Assembly: GCF_009914755.1 (NCBI RefSeq)
Contig: NC_060925.1
Source of the DNA: the human T2T-CHM13v2.0 reference genome, Homo sapiens
Strand: one strand, 5' to 3'
Length of the DNA: 64,000 bases
In this document: positions 1-11,939 of the stretch, piece after piece
Layout: every line of letters begins with the position of its first letter
Position numbering within the stretch: position 1 is the first letter of the stretch
Notes under the pieces: generated by a model
Told to the model about the DNA's origin: nothing
The model's database searches: none
The model's input: only the letters and a program-made list of their open reading frames with translations
Position numbers and translations under genes: made by a program

Positions 1-805
1 AAAGTAACGAGAAAAAGTACAGTAGGTATGAAGAAATAAAGAGAACAATGACAGAACATTTCTTATCAGAAACAACTCAAAACAGAAGACAGTAGAAGAA
101 CATCTTTAAAGCATTGAAAGAAAAACTCTAAACCTAGAAGTCTTTACTTGCTAAAAATATCTTTCAAAAATGAATGTGGAAGAAAAAGTTTTTGAGGTAT
201 ATAAAAGCTAACAGAATTCATCAAGTTTTCCAGGTAGAACAAAAATGATGCCAGATGAAAATTTCTATCTAAACAAAAGAATGATGAGCATCAAAAAATG
301 GTAACTATGTGGGTAAATACAAATAGTTTCATTACTTAAATCTCCTTCAAACAGAATCAACTCTTTAAAGCAAAAATAAAACAATCTATTGTGTGATGAA
401 TAGCATATTGCTATGGTTTCAATATTTGTACTCTCCAAAACTCTTGTTGAAATTTAACTGCCATTGTAATAGTATTATGAGGTGGGACAGTTAAGAGGTG
501 ATTAGACCATGAGGACTCCACCCTCACAGATGGATTAATGTTGTTATCTTGGGAGTGAGTTCACTATAAAAGGGCACATTTAGGCCCCTTTTTGCTCTTT
601 CGCTCTTTTGCCTTTTGACATGTGATGATCAATAAGAAAGCCCTTACCATGTGATGCTGGCACCTTGATATTGGACTTCCCAGCCTCCAGAACTGTGAGC
701 CATTACATTTCTATTCATTGTAAATTACCTAGGCTCAGGTATTCTGTTATAGTGGCAGAAACAGACTAAGACACATAAATAGAAATAAAATGTGTAATAA
801 CAATA
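1..805 (+). mobile_element. Old L1M (L1M4/L1ME-type) fragment, ORF1 3' region/spacer, interrupted by an MST LTR
   Basis: Resembles recalled L1M ORF1 3' consensus (tcagaaaca...agaagacagt...aacatctttaaag..tgaaagaaaaa...aacctagaa...aaaatatctttcaaaaatgaa); resumes after 778. Confidence 0.7.
409..773 (+). mobile_element. MST-family MaLR solo LTR
   Basis: TGCTATGGTTT start, GACTAAGACA end; 5-bp TSD catat (404-408)/cataa (774-778). Confidence 0.9.
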
Positions 806-838
806 GCAAAAACCCCAATTACCTTTGCACCAACCTAA
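806..838. mobile_element. MADE1 (Hsmar1-derived MITE) half copy
   Basis: gcaaaaaccccaattacctttgcaccaacctaa matches the Hsmar1/MADE1 terminal inverted repeat, followed by TA. Confidence 0.8.
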
Positions 839-1272
839 TAACCTGTCCAGGATTGAGTCTTTCATACTTAATGGTAACTGACCAGTCTATCCATGTATTT
901 TCCAAGGTGTGACCTGCAGATCACTAGCTATTTTAAATTTTCCTCGAAAAGAGGAACTATATGGTCAAACATATTTAAGAAATGCTATGAACTACTTTCT
1001 CCTCTTACTGAATTTCACTGAGTAAAAAAATATTAAGGACTCTGAGAAGTCTTGTATTAGAGAAAGATGTCTGTGTGCAATCTAGCAGTTCCTAAATTAT
1101 TTGTCTGAAGCAAATAATATTGTGCTATTCCACAGGATAAATGTGTGTGAACTTTTTCTATTTAATCAATCTACAGAAGCAAAGCTTTTTACTTTATAGT
1201 CAAAAGATTATCTCACAATAATGATGGTCATTATGGTGGCTTCCTTCTCTTCCCCCAACCCCCACTGCCTGG

Positions 1273-1440
1273 TTTATTGAAGTAAAATTGACTTACAATA
1301 AGCTGTACATATTTAAAGTGTGCAATTCGATAAGGTTTGATTTATGTATATACACCCATGAAACTGTCATCAGAATTAAGATATTGAAAATATCTATCAT
1401 CCCTAAGTTTTGTTACGGTCCTTTGTAATCCCTCTCTCCT
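1273..1440 (-). mobile_element. L1MB/L1MC 3' end fragment
   Basis: tttattgaagtaaaattgac...tgtacatatttaaagtg...acacccatgaaac typical antisense L1M 3'UTR. Confidence 0.7.
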
Positions 1441-1504
1441 AGATAATCTTGAATACAAAGCAATAAGAGCAGACAACATTGTCCACTCTTTTTTGAGGGT
1501 TGGA

Positions 1505-1626
1505 CCCTCAAACTTTAATGTGCATGTGACTCACCCAGGATTCTTGTTCAAATGCAGACTCAGATTCAGTAAGTCTGTGGGTAGGGTCTGAGTGTCTACA
1601 TTTCTAACAAGCTCTCCAGTGATGCT
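1505..1626 (-). mobile_element. MER5A1 (hAT-Charlie) copy A
   Basis: Reverse complement matches recalled MER5A1 core (agcttgttagaaatg...gaatctg..catt...tgcacattaaagtttgag). Confidence 0.85.
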
Positions 1627-1996
1627 CCAGTGGTACTAATGGTGCTCACACATCAAAACCAGCACCAAGTTCAGTATTCACATATAAATTGCTGCCTTGG
1701 AAACAGTTTCCACTTTAAAAATATTTAAAAACAATATTAAGTTTGTCCTAGTTATTACTCATGGAAAATACCATAGATAGAGTTAGATAAAAATCAGTCT
1801 AACAATAACACAACTCCTTCCAAAGCCCATGAGGAAACTAAATATCCTACTAATAAAGGGCATGAAAAATCTTAGAAGAGAAATGTTGCAAGTAATTTCT
1901 TCATCTTATATCTTAAAATGAATATTGAAGACAAGCTCTTTTAATTATTCACAAGAAATCTTCCACAATGGAATAGTGAGAAAATATCTGACAAAT

Positions 1997-2021
1997 ATCA
2001 TCATCATCATCATCATCATCA
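1997..2021. repeat. (ATC)n microsatellite
   Basis: tatcatcatcatcatcatcatcatc. Confidence 0.9.
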
Positions 2022-3255
2022 AATTGCTGTATCATACCTTGTGTTTAAAACTATCTTCCTAATTTAATAAAACTTGCTTAACTTTGGTCAAAATACCTTA
2101 TCTATGCTTAAATTACACAAAACTCCTAAACATTATTTTCTTTAATTGCACAATTTGTCTGCATAGCAAAAAAGCTTAAAAGGCAATACCAGAATGGAAT
2201 TGGTTTGGTCATAATCAATAGCATCTTAATGGAGGATTTAAGTACTATAATTCCCCTGAATGTAGAAGAAAACCTGGTATGAAATAAAAACCCTTTGAAG
2301 AGCTATTTTGCATGGCATAAAGAGTTCTCACCAACAACCTTATCTGAATGTATTAGATAATTTTGGACTTTTAATGTTGATTTCTACTAGGTAGATTACA
2401 TTTGCATGAATTTATAATGAAAATACCTCTAGGCCTAAGTCTTCCTATTCATAAATGCATGGCCTGGATCCTGTAAGTGCCAGTTTACTGGGTCACTAGC
2501 ATAGCACTCTCAGCATCAAGATCTTTCTCCATTTTAAGCCTTTCAGTAACCAGTGTGCTCTGCTCTCCCTGCTGTGCCATCAATAGGAGAGACAGGGCAG
2601 CTTTGCAGAACACAGACTATGCCCTACCTGCAACAGAAACAAAACATGATCTGAGCTAGCACTAACAATGTCCAGAGTTACCATCATCTAAGGAAAAGTT
2701 TCATACAATAAAAATGACTGCATAAAATTTCACCAGTGTGGAGTGTCCTTATTTAAAATATTGACTATGTGACATATGTTTGAATTTCTTTATGAAGAGC
2801 CAAAACTGAGGTACAATGGAAGGTAGGGGTACCTCCCAACCTGAAAGGACCTTGATATAGTCAAGTTCCTTGCCATACAAATTAAGATGTCATAATCAGA
2901 GAGCAATCACAGTGTCTAAATCAAAAATCAAAAAAGGAGCTGAAGAATAAGAATACAGTGGTAAAGCTGTTAGAATTCCAAACCAATTCTAGAGAAAGGA
3001 CCAGTGATCTTCTCATGGTAACATCATGATTAGAAATACATCCCCTAAGTGTGGCATTTGCTGTGGACAGACTACTATAACAAAATACTATAAATTGGAT
3101 GGCTTACTACATTTTCTGAAGGTCTTTTAGGCAAAATATATTTCCAAAATTTCAATTTTAGGACAAAAAACACAGTTCTCTTAAGTCAAGGAAAATGATC
3201 TTCACAGACTACTTATAATTCCTAACCCCAAGATTTATGAAAAGCAGTATCTCTT

Positions 3256-3443
<188 letters not shown>

Positions 3444-3933
3444 TAGCTTGCCAGCATCAGTCTTACGTGGTAAGCTGCCTTTCTTAGCTAGATCTATTGA
3501 TATTCTCATCTGTAGACCCAGACTCTATCTTAAGTTGCAGACCAACTTTGAGATAAGACCTACTGTTAATAGGCCTCAAATCTTTCTCCTTATTAGTCTG
3601 AAACCAGTCTGATTTGAGTCCTTCTCATCCCCTTTTCTCCATCCCCTTTGCTGACCACTGCGCTTGATTTTTTCTCTTCTGACTTCCCTCCACTTTCACT
3701 CCATCAGTCTGCCCAGTCCTGCATTGCTACAGACTCAGCCCTGTTGCTGAACGCATGTAAGCCACAGGCCAGAGCTGCCATTGAGTGCTGTGATTCTCCC
3801 TAGATATGGTACTTGCATGTGCCCTGTTCACGGACCTAAGCTTCTACTTTGACTCTGCCTTGAGATTCTGTTTTAGCTACTGCCTAGGCTGATCTGTTCA
3901 CAAACCTCAAGCTAGTAGCTGGGGTCTACTGCT

Positions 3934-4085
3934 GTATTATTTTCATATTGCTGCTGTAACAAATTACCACAAACTCAATGACTTAAAACAGTCCAAGTTT
4001 ATTCCCGTATAGTCCTGGAGGTCAGAAGTCCAAAATGAGTCTTAACGGATCTTAAAACAAGGAGTCAGCAGGACTAGATCCTGTT
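3934..4085 (-). mobile_element. MLT1 MaLR LTR 3' part
   Basis: attgctgctgtaacaaattaccacaaac...ctggaggtcagaagtccaaaat. Confidence 0.8.
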
Positions 4086-4087
4086 GG

Positions 4088-4307
4088 GCCAAAGAATATT
4101 GGCAGCCACAGAAGTTGGAAAAGGCCATGGAATGGCTTCTCCTCTAGAGCCTCTAGTGGAAGGGAGGCCCTGCTGACACTGTCATTTTGGCCCAATTATA
4201 TTGATTTTGGACTTCTGGACTTCAGAACTATAATAGAAGAAATGTCTGTATTTTTAAGCCAGGAAGTTTGTGACTGTTCATTACAGCAGCCATAGGAAAC
4301 TAACACA
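4088..4307 (+). mobile_element. MLT1 MaLR LTR 3' part
   Basis: cctctagagcctc...ttttggacttctgg...tttaagcca..aagtttgtg...acagcagccataggaaactaacaca. Confidence 0.85.
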
Positions 4308-4358
4308 CTTTCCAGTTGGAAGGAATTCAGATGTGCGGTTGGATGTGTGGGCACGATC

Positions 4359-4480
4359 AGCATCACTGGAGAGCTTGTTAGAAATGTGGATGCTCACGCC
4401 CTACTCTCAGACCTACTAAAATTGAATCTGCATTTGAACAAAAATCCTGGGTGAGTCACATGCACATTAAAGTTTGAGGG
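4359..4480 (+). mobile_element. MER5A1 (hAT-Charlie) copy B
   Basis: gagcttgttagaaatg...cagacctact...gaatctgcattt...tgcacattaaagtttgag. Confidence 0.85.
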
Positions 4481-5190
4481 AATGACAGAGCAACCAGACA
4501 GGAGGAACTTGAACATACCAAGGTCCTTATTGAGCCACCCAGACTTTGGAGCATGGGAGAAATAAATGTCATATTTTGTTTAGGTTATTTTTAATTTAGT
4601 TTGCTAAAATAGCTGAACCAATACCCTAATACATCATCTGCATGTAAAACATGCCTGGCAATGCACCAATGACTTGAATAGAGTCTGTAACATTCAAACA
4701 TGTACATAGAAGGCAGGCAAGACTTTAATTTCATATGCACATGGAAGCATCATATTACTCGCCACAGAATGTTGCTGCTGTTGAACCAGCAGCTATGATT
4801 TGGCTGTTGAGAAGAGCTACATTGATTCTTTCCTTGGGGGAATGTGGCTTTACTATTTACTGTAGCCTAACCACAGAAACCACATCTTCAGTCACAACAG
4901 CCATTGAAGGCTTTTTATTCTTCATACAGTTAGACTTGGAGGCAACATTTTAAAACATTTTACTCATTTAGGTTGGATTAATTAAGGGGAAAAGGTTGCC
5001 TATGGGCTCTATAATGCTACCTTTGTCATGAAGCAGGGGTCCATATATACGTAGGATTTTTGTGGACTTTTATTCCATTGACCTATTTTGCATCAATACC
5101 AGGCTATCCCCATACTGTAATTTTACATGTGTTGTTATCCTGCAGTTCAAGTTCTCCAACTTTGTTCTTCTTTTTCAAGATTGTCTTGAC

Positions 5191-5413
5191 CAGGAGACAA
5201 CAAACTGTGGGTGGCTTATGACCAGACAGCTGAAGTGATAAATAAAGCTTTTTGAAATGAAAGGGAATACAGCCATTCCCTTTTATTTACATATTATCTG
5301 AGTGCTCTCTGACTACAATGGCCAAATTAGGTAGCTGTGACAGGGACAGTCTGGCCAAAAAAACCTGAGATAATTACCATCTGGCTCTTACAGAAAAAGT
5401 TTGCTGACCTGTG
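5191..5413. mobile_element. MER58A (hAT-Charlie)
   Basis: tttacatattatctg...tagctgtgacaggga...tacagaaaaagtttgctgacc; degenerate 8-bp TSD gtcttgac/gtcttgct. Confidence 0.8.
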
Positions 5414-5475
5414 GTCTTGCTGATTCTTGATCCTTTACATTTCCATATAAATTTTAAAATTAGTTTAAAATTAGT

Positions 5476-5686
5476 TTTTCCTTTTCTTTCTTTCTTTCTT
5501 TCTTTTTTTTTTTTTATTTCTGAGACAGAGCTTGCTCTGTCACCAGGCTGGAGGCAGTGGCACTATCTCAGCTCACTGCAACCTCTGCCTCCCGGATTCA
5601 AGTGATTCTCCTGCCTCAGCCTCCCGAGTAGATGGGACTACAGGTGCATGCCACCACGCCAGGCTAATTTTTTTTTTGTACTTTTA
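5476..5686 (-). mobile_element. 5'-truncated AluS (right monomer plus T/TTTC tail)
   Basis: tgagacagag...ctcagctcactgcaacctctgcctccc..ttcaagtgattctcctgcctcagcc. Confidence 0.9.
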
Positions 5687-8600
5687 TAAGGCAATTTGGG
5701 GGAATATTTGCCGTGTTGCATTGTTGAGTCTTCCAGTTCATGAATATAGTACATCTTTCCATTTTTATTTTAGATCATTAATTTTCTTTAGTAATATGTT
5801 ACCTTTTTCTTTATCAACATTCTGCAAATCTTTTGTTAGAGTTCTGTCTTGGTATTTCATCTGTAATCCTACTGAACATGTATTCAAATTTTTTATTTTC
5901 AATTTTTTGGTTGCTTGTACATAGAAATGTAATTGAATTTTGTATGTAGACCTTGCCTTGCCAAACCCACTTATTAATTTAAATAGTTTTTCTTTTAAAC
6001 ATTTTTATCAAAATAGGTATTGATTTTATCAAATGCTTTTTCTACATGTATTGAGATAATCATGACTTTTCTCCTTTACTCACTTAATGTAGTGAATTAT
6101 ATCAGTTACATTTTCAAATGTTAATTCAATTTTTCATTCTTGGAATAAATCCCACTTAGTCATTAGATATCTCCTTTTTATATATGGCTGGATTTTATAT
6201 GCTAACACTTAGTTTGGAATTTTTGATTCTATGTTCATAAGGGCTATTGTCCTATAATTTTGCTTTCTCCTAATGTCCTAATCAGATTGTTTTCAAGATT
6301 ATGCTAGCTTCATAAAATGAGTTGTAAGTTATTCTTTCATTTTTCAATCTCTAGAAGAGCTTGCATAAGATTGATATACCTATATTCCTTAAATATTTGG
6401 AAAGATCACAAATGAAGCCATCTGAGCCTGGAATTTTCTTTATGAGACAGTTTTAAATTATACTTAAAATTTTTAAACATATGTAGGACTGTTCAGATTT
6501 TCTCTTTCTTCTTGTGAGTGTTTTGGCAAATTGTGTTTTCCAAGGATTTTACTCCTTTCATTTATATTTTCAAATGTATTACCTTAAAGTTGTCCATAAT
6601 ATCTTTTTGTTATCTTTGTAAACTATAAAATCTGTAGTGTTATTCCCTTTTAAAATCTCTGATATTAGTAATCTATGCTTTCTCTCACTTTATGAAACAG
6701 CCTTTCCAGGTTTTCATAATTTTATTAGTCTTTTCCATAAGCCAACTTTTAGTTTTATGAGTCCTCTTATTAAATATTTCTTTTCTATTTAGTTGGTATC
6801 TGCTTTTATTTTTATTATTTCATTCTTCCTACTTTCTTTGGATTTAATCTTCTCTTATGTTTGGAATGTCCTGAGGTAGATTATTAAATTACTATTGTTA
6901 CATCTAAAAATGGCTTTACCTGTACCCCACTTGGTTTGATGTTATATTATTATTATTATCATTCATTTAAGATCATTTGATACTTATGATTTCTTCTTGA
7001 TCTTTGGGTTGTTAAAATATGTTTTCCTTAATTTTCAAACTTTGGGAGATTTATTAGTTACTTTTATATTACTGATTTCTAGTTAACTCTTCTGTGATGA
7101 GAAAACATATTCTGAATGATATTAATTCTTTGAAGTTCATAGATCTACTGTATGGCCTAGAAAATTATAAATTTTAGAAAATGTCATATGTTCATTTAAA
7201 AGAATATGTATTCCTTAGTTCTGGCGTATGATGTTCTGTATATATTCATGAGAAAATGTTTGAGTTCAAATCTTGTATGTCTTTACTGATGTTTTGTCAA
7301 CTTTTTGTAATAGATATTGAAATAAGTTTCAAATACTTCTACTATGATTATAGACACTTCTCTTTTTAATTCAATTTTGCTTTATACATTTTGATTCTAT
7401 AATATTAGGGGCAATTAATTTATAACAATTATATATTTCTGATACACAAAAGAAGTACATTATCAATGAAATATTCCAATTTATCTCTAGTAAAGAATCT
7501 TGCCTTAAACTATGCTTTGTCTAATATTACTGTAATCATAACAGGTTTCTGTTAGTGTTTGGATGTGGAAGATATTTTTCTATCCTTTTATTTTCTCATA
7601 TTTAATTTATGTTTTTAATAAATTGCATATAACTTTTTAATCCAGAAAATTACTATTCTTTAATTCTAGTATTTTGTCTTTTTACATTTAATTTAATTAC
7701 TGACACATTTGTCTTTAAATCTATAGTTTTGTTTTTTGTCCTTTATTTGACCTACCTTGTTCTATGTTCTTATTTCTCCTTTCTTGCCTTCTTCTGAGTT
7801 AAGTATTTTTATTATTCATTTATACTCCTTTATTATCTCGTTAGGTATGGATTCTTTTATTATTCCTTTAGTGGTTACCCTAGAAATTACAAGACATTTT
7901 TCACTTAATTTTGTTTATTTATTTCTGACTTTTGTTTTTTATTGCCATGTATTTCCATACTTTAAATAGTAAACATATCTTAAACTGCACAAGACATTTA
8001 TAATATTTTTATAAAGCCAATATTCATTTATCCACTTTCCATTGCTTTTTTTCCTTGTTGCGTTTTATGGCTTCTGTGTAGTGTTATATATTTCCTTCTA
8101 CCAAAATAATATTACTAGCATTTAAAAAAGTGCAGGCCTCCTAATGACTAATTATCTCTATTTTGGTTTGTCTGAATATATATCTATTTCGTGTTCATGT
8201 TTTTCTCTTTTTTGGGCGGGAAGAAGAGAGGAAGAGAGCTTGTGTTCACTTTCAAAATGCATTTTTGTTAGGTATAGAATTCTAGGTAGACTATTATTTT
8301 CTTTCAATATATTTAGGAAGTCCTAGTGACTTCTGGCTTCAGTTTTCCTATTGAGACATCATCTGTAAGCCTTTTGTCATTCTTTTGAAGGTTATGAGTC
8401 TTTCCGAATTTTTTTTTTGTTTTGTGTGTGTATGTATGTGTGAGTATGTATTGTTGTTTAGCAGTTTTACTATGACCTGTCCAGTTGTTTTCTCTGTTTA
8501 CCTTGTTTGGCATTTATAGAGCTCCTTGAATCTGGCTTGATATCTTTCATCAATTTTGTAAAATCCTGGGAACTATTTCCTTTAATATTGCTTCTATTCA

Positions 8601-10119
8601 ATATTATCTCTCTTCTCCTGTTAGGATTCCAATTACATGTCTGATAGATCTTTTTGAGTCCCATTAGTACTTTATGTTTTTCCTATAATTACCATTCTTA
8701 TTTTCTCCATGTTTTAGTCTGTATTTTTTTAACTGACATTATATTCCAGTTCACTAATCCTTTCTTCAACTCTGTTTGATCTTCTTTTAAGCCCATACAT
8801 TTCTATCTTAATTTCAGCTTTTGTATTTTTCAGCTATAAAACATCCAGTTATTTGTATAGATTTCTCTGCAGTTTTAATTTTTTAAAATTTCTTTACAAC
8901 ATACCAATTATAATTATTTCAGAATCCTTGTCTAATAGCTTCAATATCTCGATTTCTTGGGATATTTTTATTTTTTCCCCTTTGTTTCTAGTCATTTGTT
9001 TTTTGTCTTCTATTATTCCTGGGTTGGTTTGTTTAATTAAATCATGAATATTGTGTATGAAAACTTATACAGAAAATTTCAAGTTCTTGGAAACATTATT
9101 TTCCTCCAGAATTAATGTACATTTGTTTCTGGCAGTGGGGAGAATCTTTTAAATCCAGGTAGGGATTCAAGGCTAGGTTGCAAACTTTGTGAGACAGGTC
9201 TGTTTCAAGTTTGCCCTTACTCCTAGGATATAGGCCTTGAGGGGTCTGAATTGTACATGAAGCCCTTCATCTTGTTAGACTCTAAACTTAGATTTTGTCT
9301 CTCCAGCCCCATAAGATGGCAGCCTCTTGGTTGCCCCTTGTAAATTAAAGAGAAAAGCAGTGCTGCATGTGTCTTACCAGTTTGCACTTTCCTTCTATCA
9401 GTCCTTTAAATCTTGGTTGTCTTGGTAGCTCTGTTATATCTTCAAATCAATCTTTGTAAATGTTTTATACTGCTCTGCTCCTCTGGCTGCTCCCAATGAA
9501 ACAAGGTAATCAGCCAGAGCCAGAAGAGAAATACTCACCCACAAACTTCTTAGACCTGTACCTCACCTTCACTCTTTACTGATGTGGGGTTTTTTTGTGC
9601 CTACAAATTCAGTTTCTTTGGTACAATTTATCCAGAAAACATCCTTTTGATCTCCTGTGTGAAAGGAAGTTGTCTGGCACAAGGTACAGAGAGAAGCTTC
9701 AGGTCCTATAATACTCTATGAGGAATTTTAACTCGTTAGCCTGATGTCAACACCACTCATCAATACCCTACACCCATCTCCCACACCACATACACACACA
9801 TACATGTTTGTGATAACCGTATCTCCAAGTCTGAGCATTTCTAGGGCCCTGCAAGATGCACCAGCTTGCTTCTCATAGTTCTTTCCTTCTGCATAGGCTT
9901 TTCTGCTGTAACTTCTACTCTGATAAGGCAGTTAGGACTGAAGTGAGGGAAAATGCTGGATCTGAGATTTGAAAGTTAGAACACAGCCACGTTATAGTGA
10001 AAAGGTATCAGGGATTTATAGTTGGGAAGCTTCTGAGGGAAATGTTCCCAAACCTACTGCAATATTTAGTCAAGATTTTTCAAACTCTATTTAGTAAGTT
10101 ATGGATAATAGGCAATGCT

Positions 10120-10570
10120 TGAATCATGAAATGTTAGAAGTGGAAGGAATTTAGAAGTCATCTGGTTTGAATTCCTTGTGTTAAGCTTCACTAAACTAGA
10201 CCCTAGAAATAGTAAGTGATTTGTCCAAGGTCACTCTGTTAGCAATGTGGCACAGTAGATAAAAGTCCTGGTTTCAGGTCAGACAGAATTGGACTTGATT
10301 CACAGCTTTACCACTTAGTAGCTCTGAGACGAATAACAGTTAGTTTCTTGGTTGTCTGGATAGCTTTGTTACATCTCCAAATCAATCTTTAATGTTAATT
10401 TCGGCAACTAACATTCCTTCTTAGAGCCTCAACATTCTCATTTATAAAACTGAAATAATAATAGTACATAGGATAGCTGTAAAATTTAAATGAGGCAGTA
10501 CATTTTAAAATAGTTAATGTGCTATTTGGCGTATTGTAGTAACACCAAATCAATATTGCTTATTATTGAT
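10120..10570. mobile_element. MIR SINE fragments in opposite orientations
   Basis: aagtgatttgtccaaggtcac and agagcctca..ttctcatttataaaa..gaaataataatagtac MIR core motifs. Confidence 0.7.
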
Positions 10571-11209
10571 CATTATAGTTGACCAGTGGCAGAACTAAAA
10601 GTCAGACTGCAATGGCTCCTGACTCTTGATTCGAAACTGTTCTCAATGTCATTAGTATTTTCCTCAGGAGGTTATCACTGGGGTACCTGTTCTATCTAAA
10701 TTTGAGCAATTTCTGTCACTTTCTGTTTCCCTACTTCTCTTTAACTATGATATAATAATGAGGTCAATATCTGACACCTAGTGAGTTCTCATTATGTGTT
10801 TGTTGAAATGAATTCTTTTAAGAGTCAATTGGTAGCATTTTTTCTATATAGCAAAATACAGTTTCCAAGAAACTGTGTCTGTCTTTATATTATTGTATGC
10901 TTAAGACCTAGCACAAAAGGAAATTTAAAAATATTTGTTGAATTAATAAATGAATAAATAAATGAGGGAATTAATCCTTGCCCACTGCTACAGTGACATC
11001 CTTGCTGTTTTAGGAGTAGCTTCTAAGCTACGGGGGTGGCAATAAGCAAAGCAGATTTATCCTCCAATATTATGCTCAGTGATAGTTAACAGATGCCACC
11101 TGAATTAGTACATATTCCTGAGCAAGCCTTAGTGGTTCTTTAGAATGAACTATGCTACTCATCCAATGTTTTGTTTTGCCTTAGCTATTCCTTGCTATAA
11201 TTCACATGG

Positions 11210-11880
11210 TGTATCAGTAGGCTATTGCTGCATAACAAACCACTTCAAAAATTATTGACCAATTGCCCTATTTTATAGCATGGGTTGCCATTTTTCTAGG
11301 TTGCTATGGCAGCTTCCTTGCCATTTTTCTAGCCTCTACCCATTGCCCAATCCCAAAACCAATGCCAGAATTTTTTGTTTTTTGTTACAGAAGTTTTCCA
11401 CTCCTTGGGAACAGTATCAATTAGCTTTTGCTATGTAGCAAACACCCAAAACTTAGTACTTAAGACATTTATTTAGTTCATCATTCTCAGGGAGGGGGCT
11501 GGGTGTTTATTTGACCTGGGGTGGCTGATCTCTGCTGGACTCTTTCAAGTACCTGCAATTAGTTGGCAGGCCAGCTGGCAGCCAGGTGATCAAGCATGGC
11601 CTTACTCATATGTCTACAAGTCAGCAGGCTTTCACTTAGCTGCACCACTCATCTTTGACCATCCAGCAGGCTAACTCAGGCTCTCTCTCACATGATGGCA
11701 GAGATCTAAGGACAAGAGAGGACAAATATCAATGTACAAGCAGTTTTTAAATTTCTGCTTACGTCACATTTGCTGTTACCCACTGGCCAAAACAAGTCAC
11801 AGTCATATGGCCAAGCCCAGACCAGTGTGAGAGAGGAAGACCTAAAGGCAGGCAAAGCATGGACAAAGTGGGGTATTTAC
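11210..11880 (-). mobile_element. Old MLT1 provirus remnant (LTR, short internal stub, second LTR end)
   Basis: Two LTR-end motifs (ctattgctgcataacaaaccac; cttttgctatgtagcaaacacccaaaac) and ccactggccaaaacaagtcac...ggccaagcccag. Confidence 0.7.
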
Positions 11881-11939
11881 CGTAAGAATATATCACATTG
11901 TTTTATACTGTTGCAGTAATATATCACATAAACAATGTG

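Larger units (their letters stand above)
4990..9500 (-). mobile_element. Large decayed old L1M (ORF2 through ORF1 and 5' region), interrupted by MER58 and Alu
   Basis: T-rich antisense L1 ORF2 motifs (ttcataaaatgagttg, tgaagccatctgagcctgg); ORF1-like remnant at 8470-8664 (FTKLMKDIKP); no intact frame. Confidence 0.8.

Noticed and set aside
5411-5924. ORFs overlapping Alu/L1 (also 33681-34180, 63282-63512)
   Set aside because: Standard Alu-derived translations
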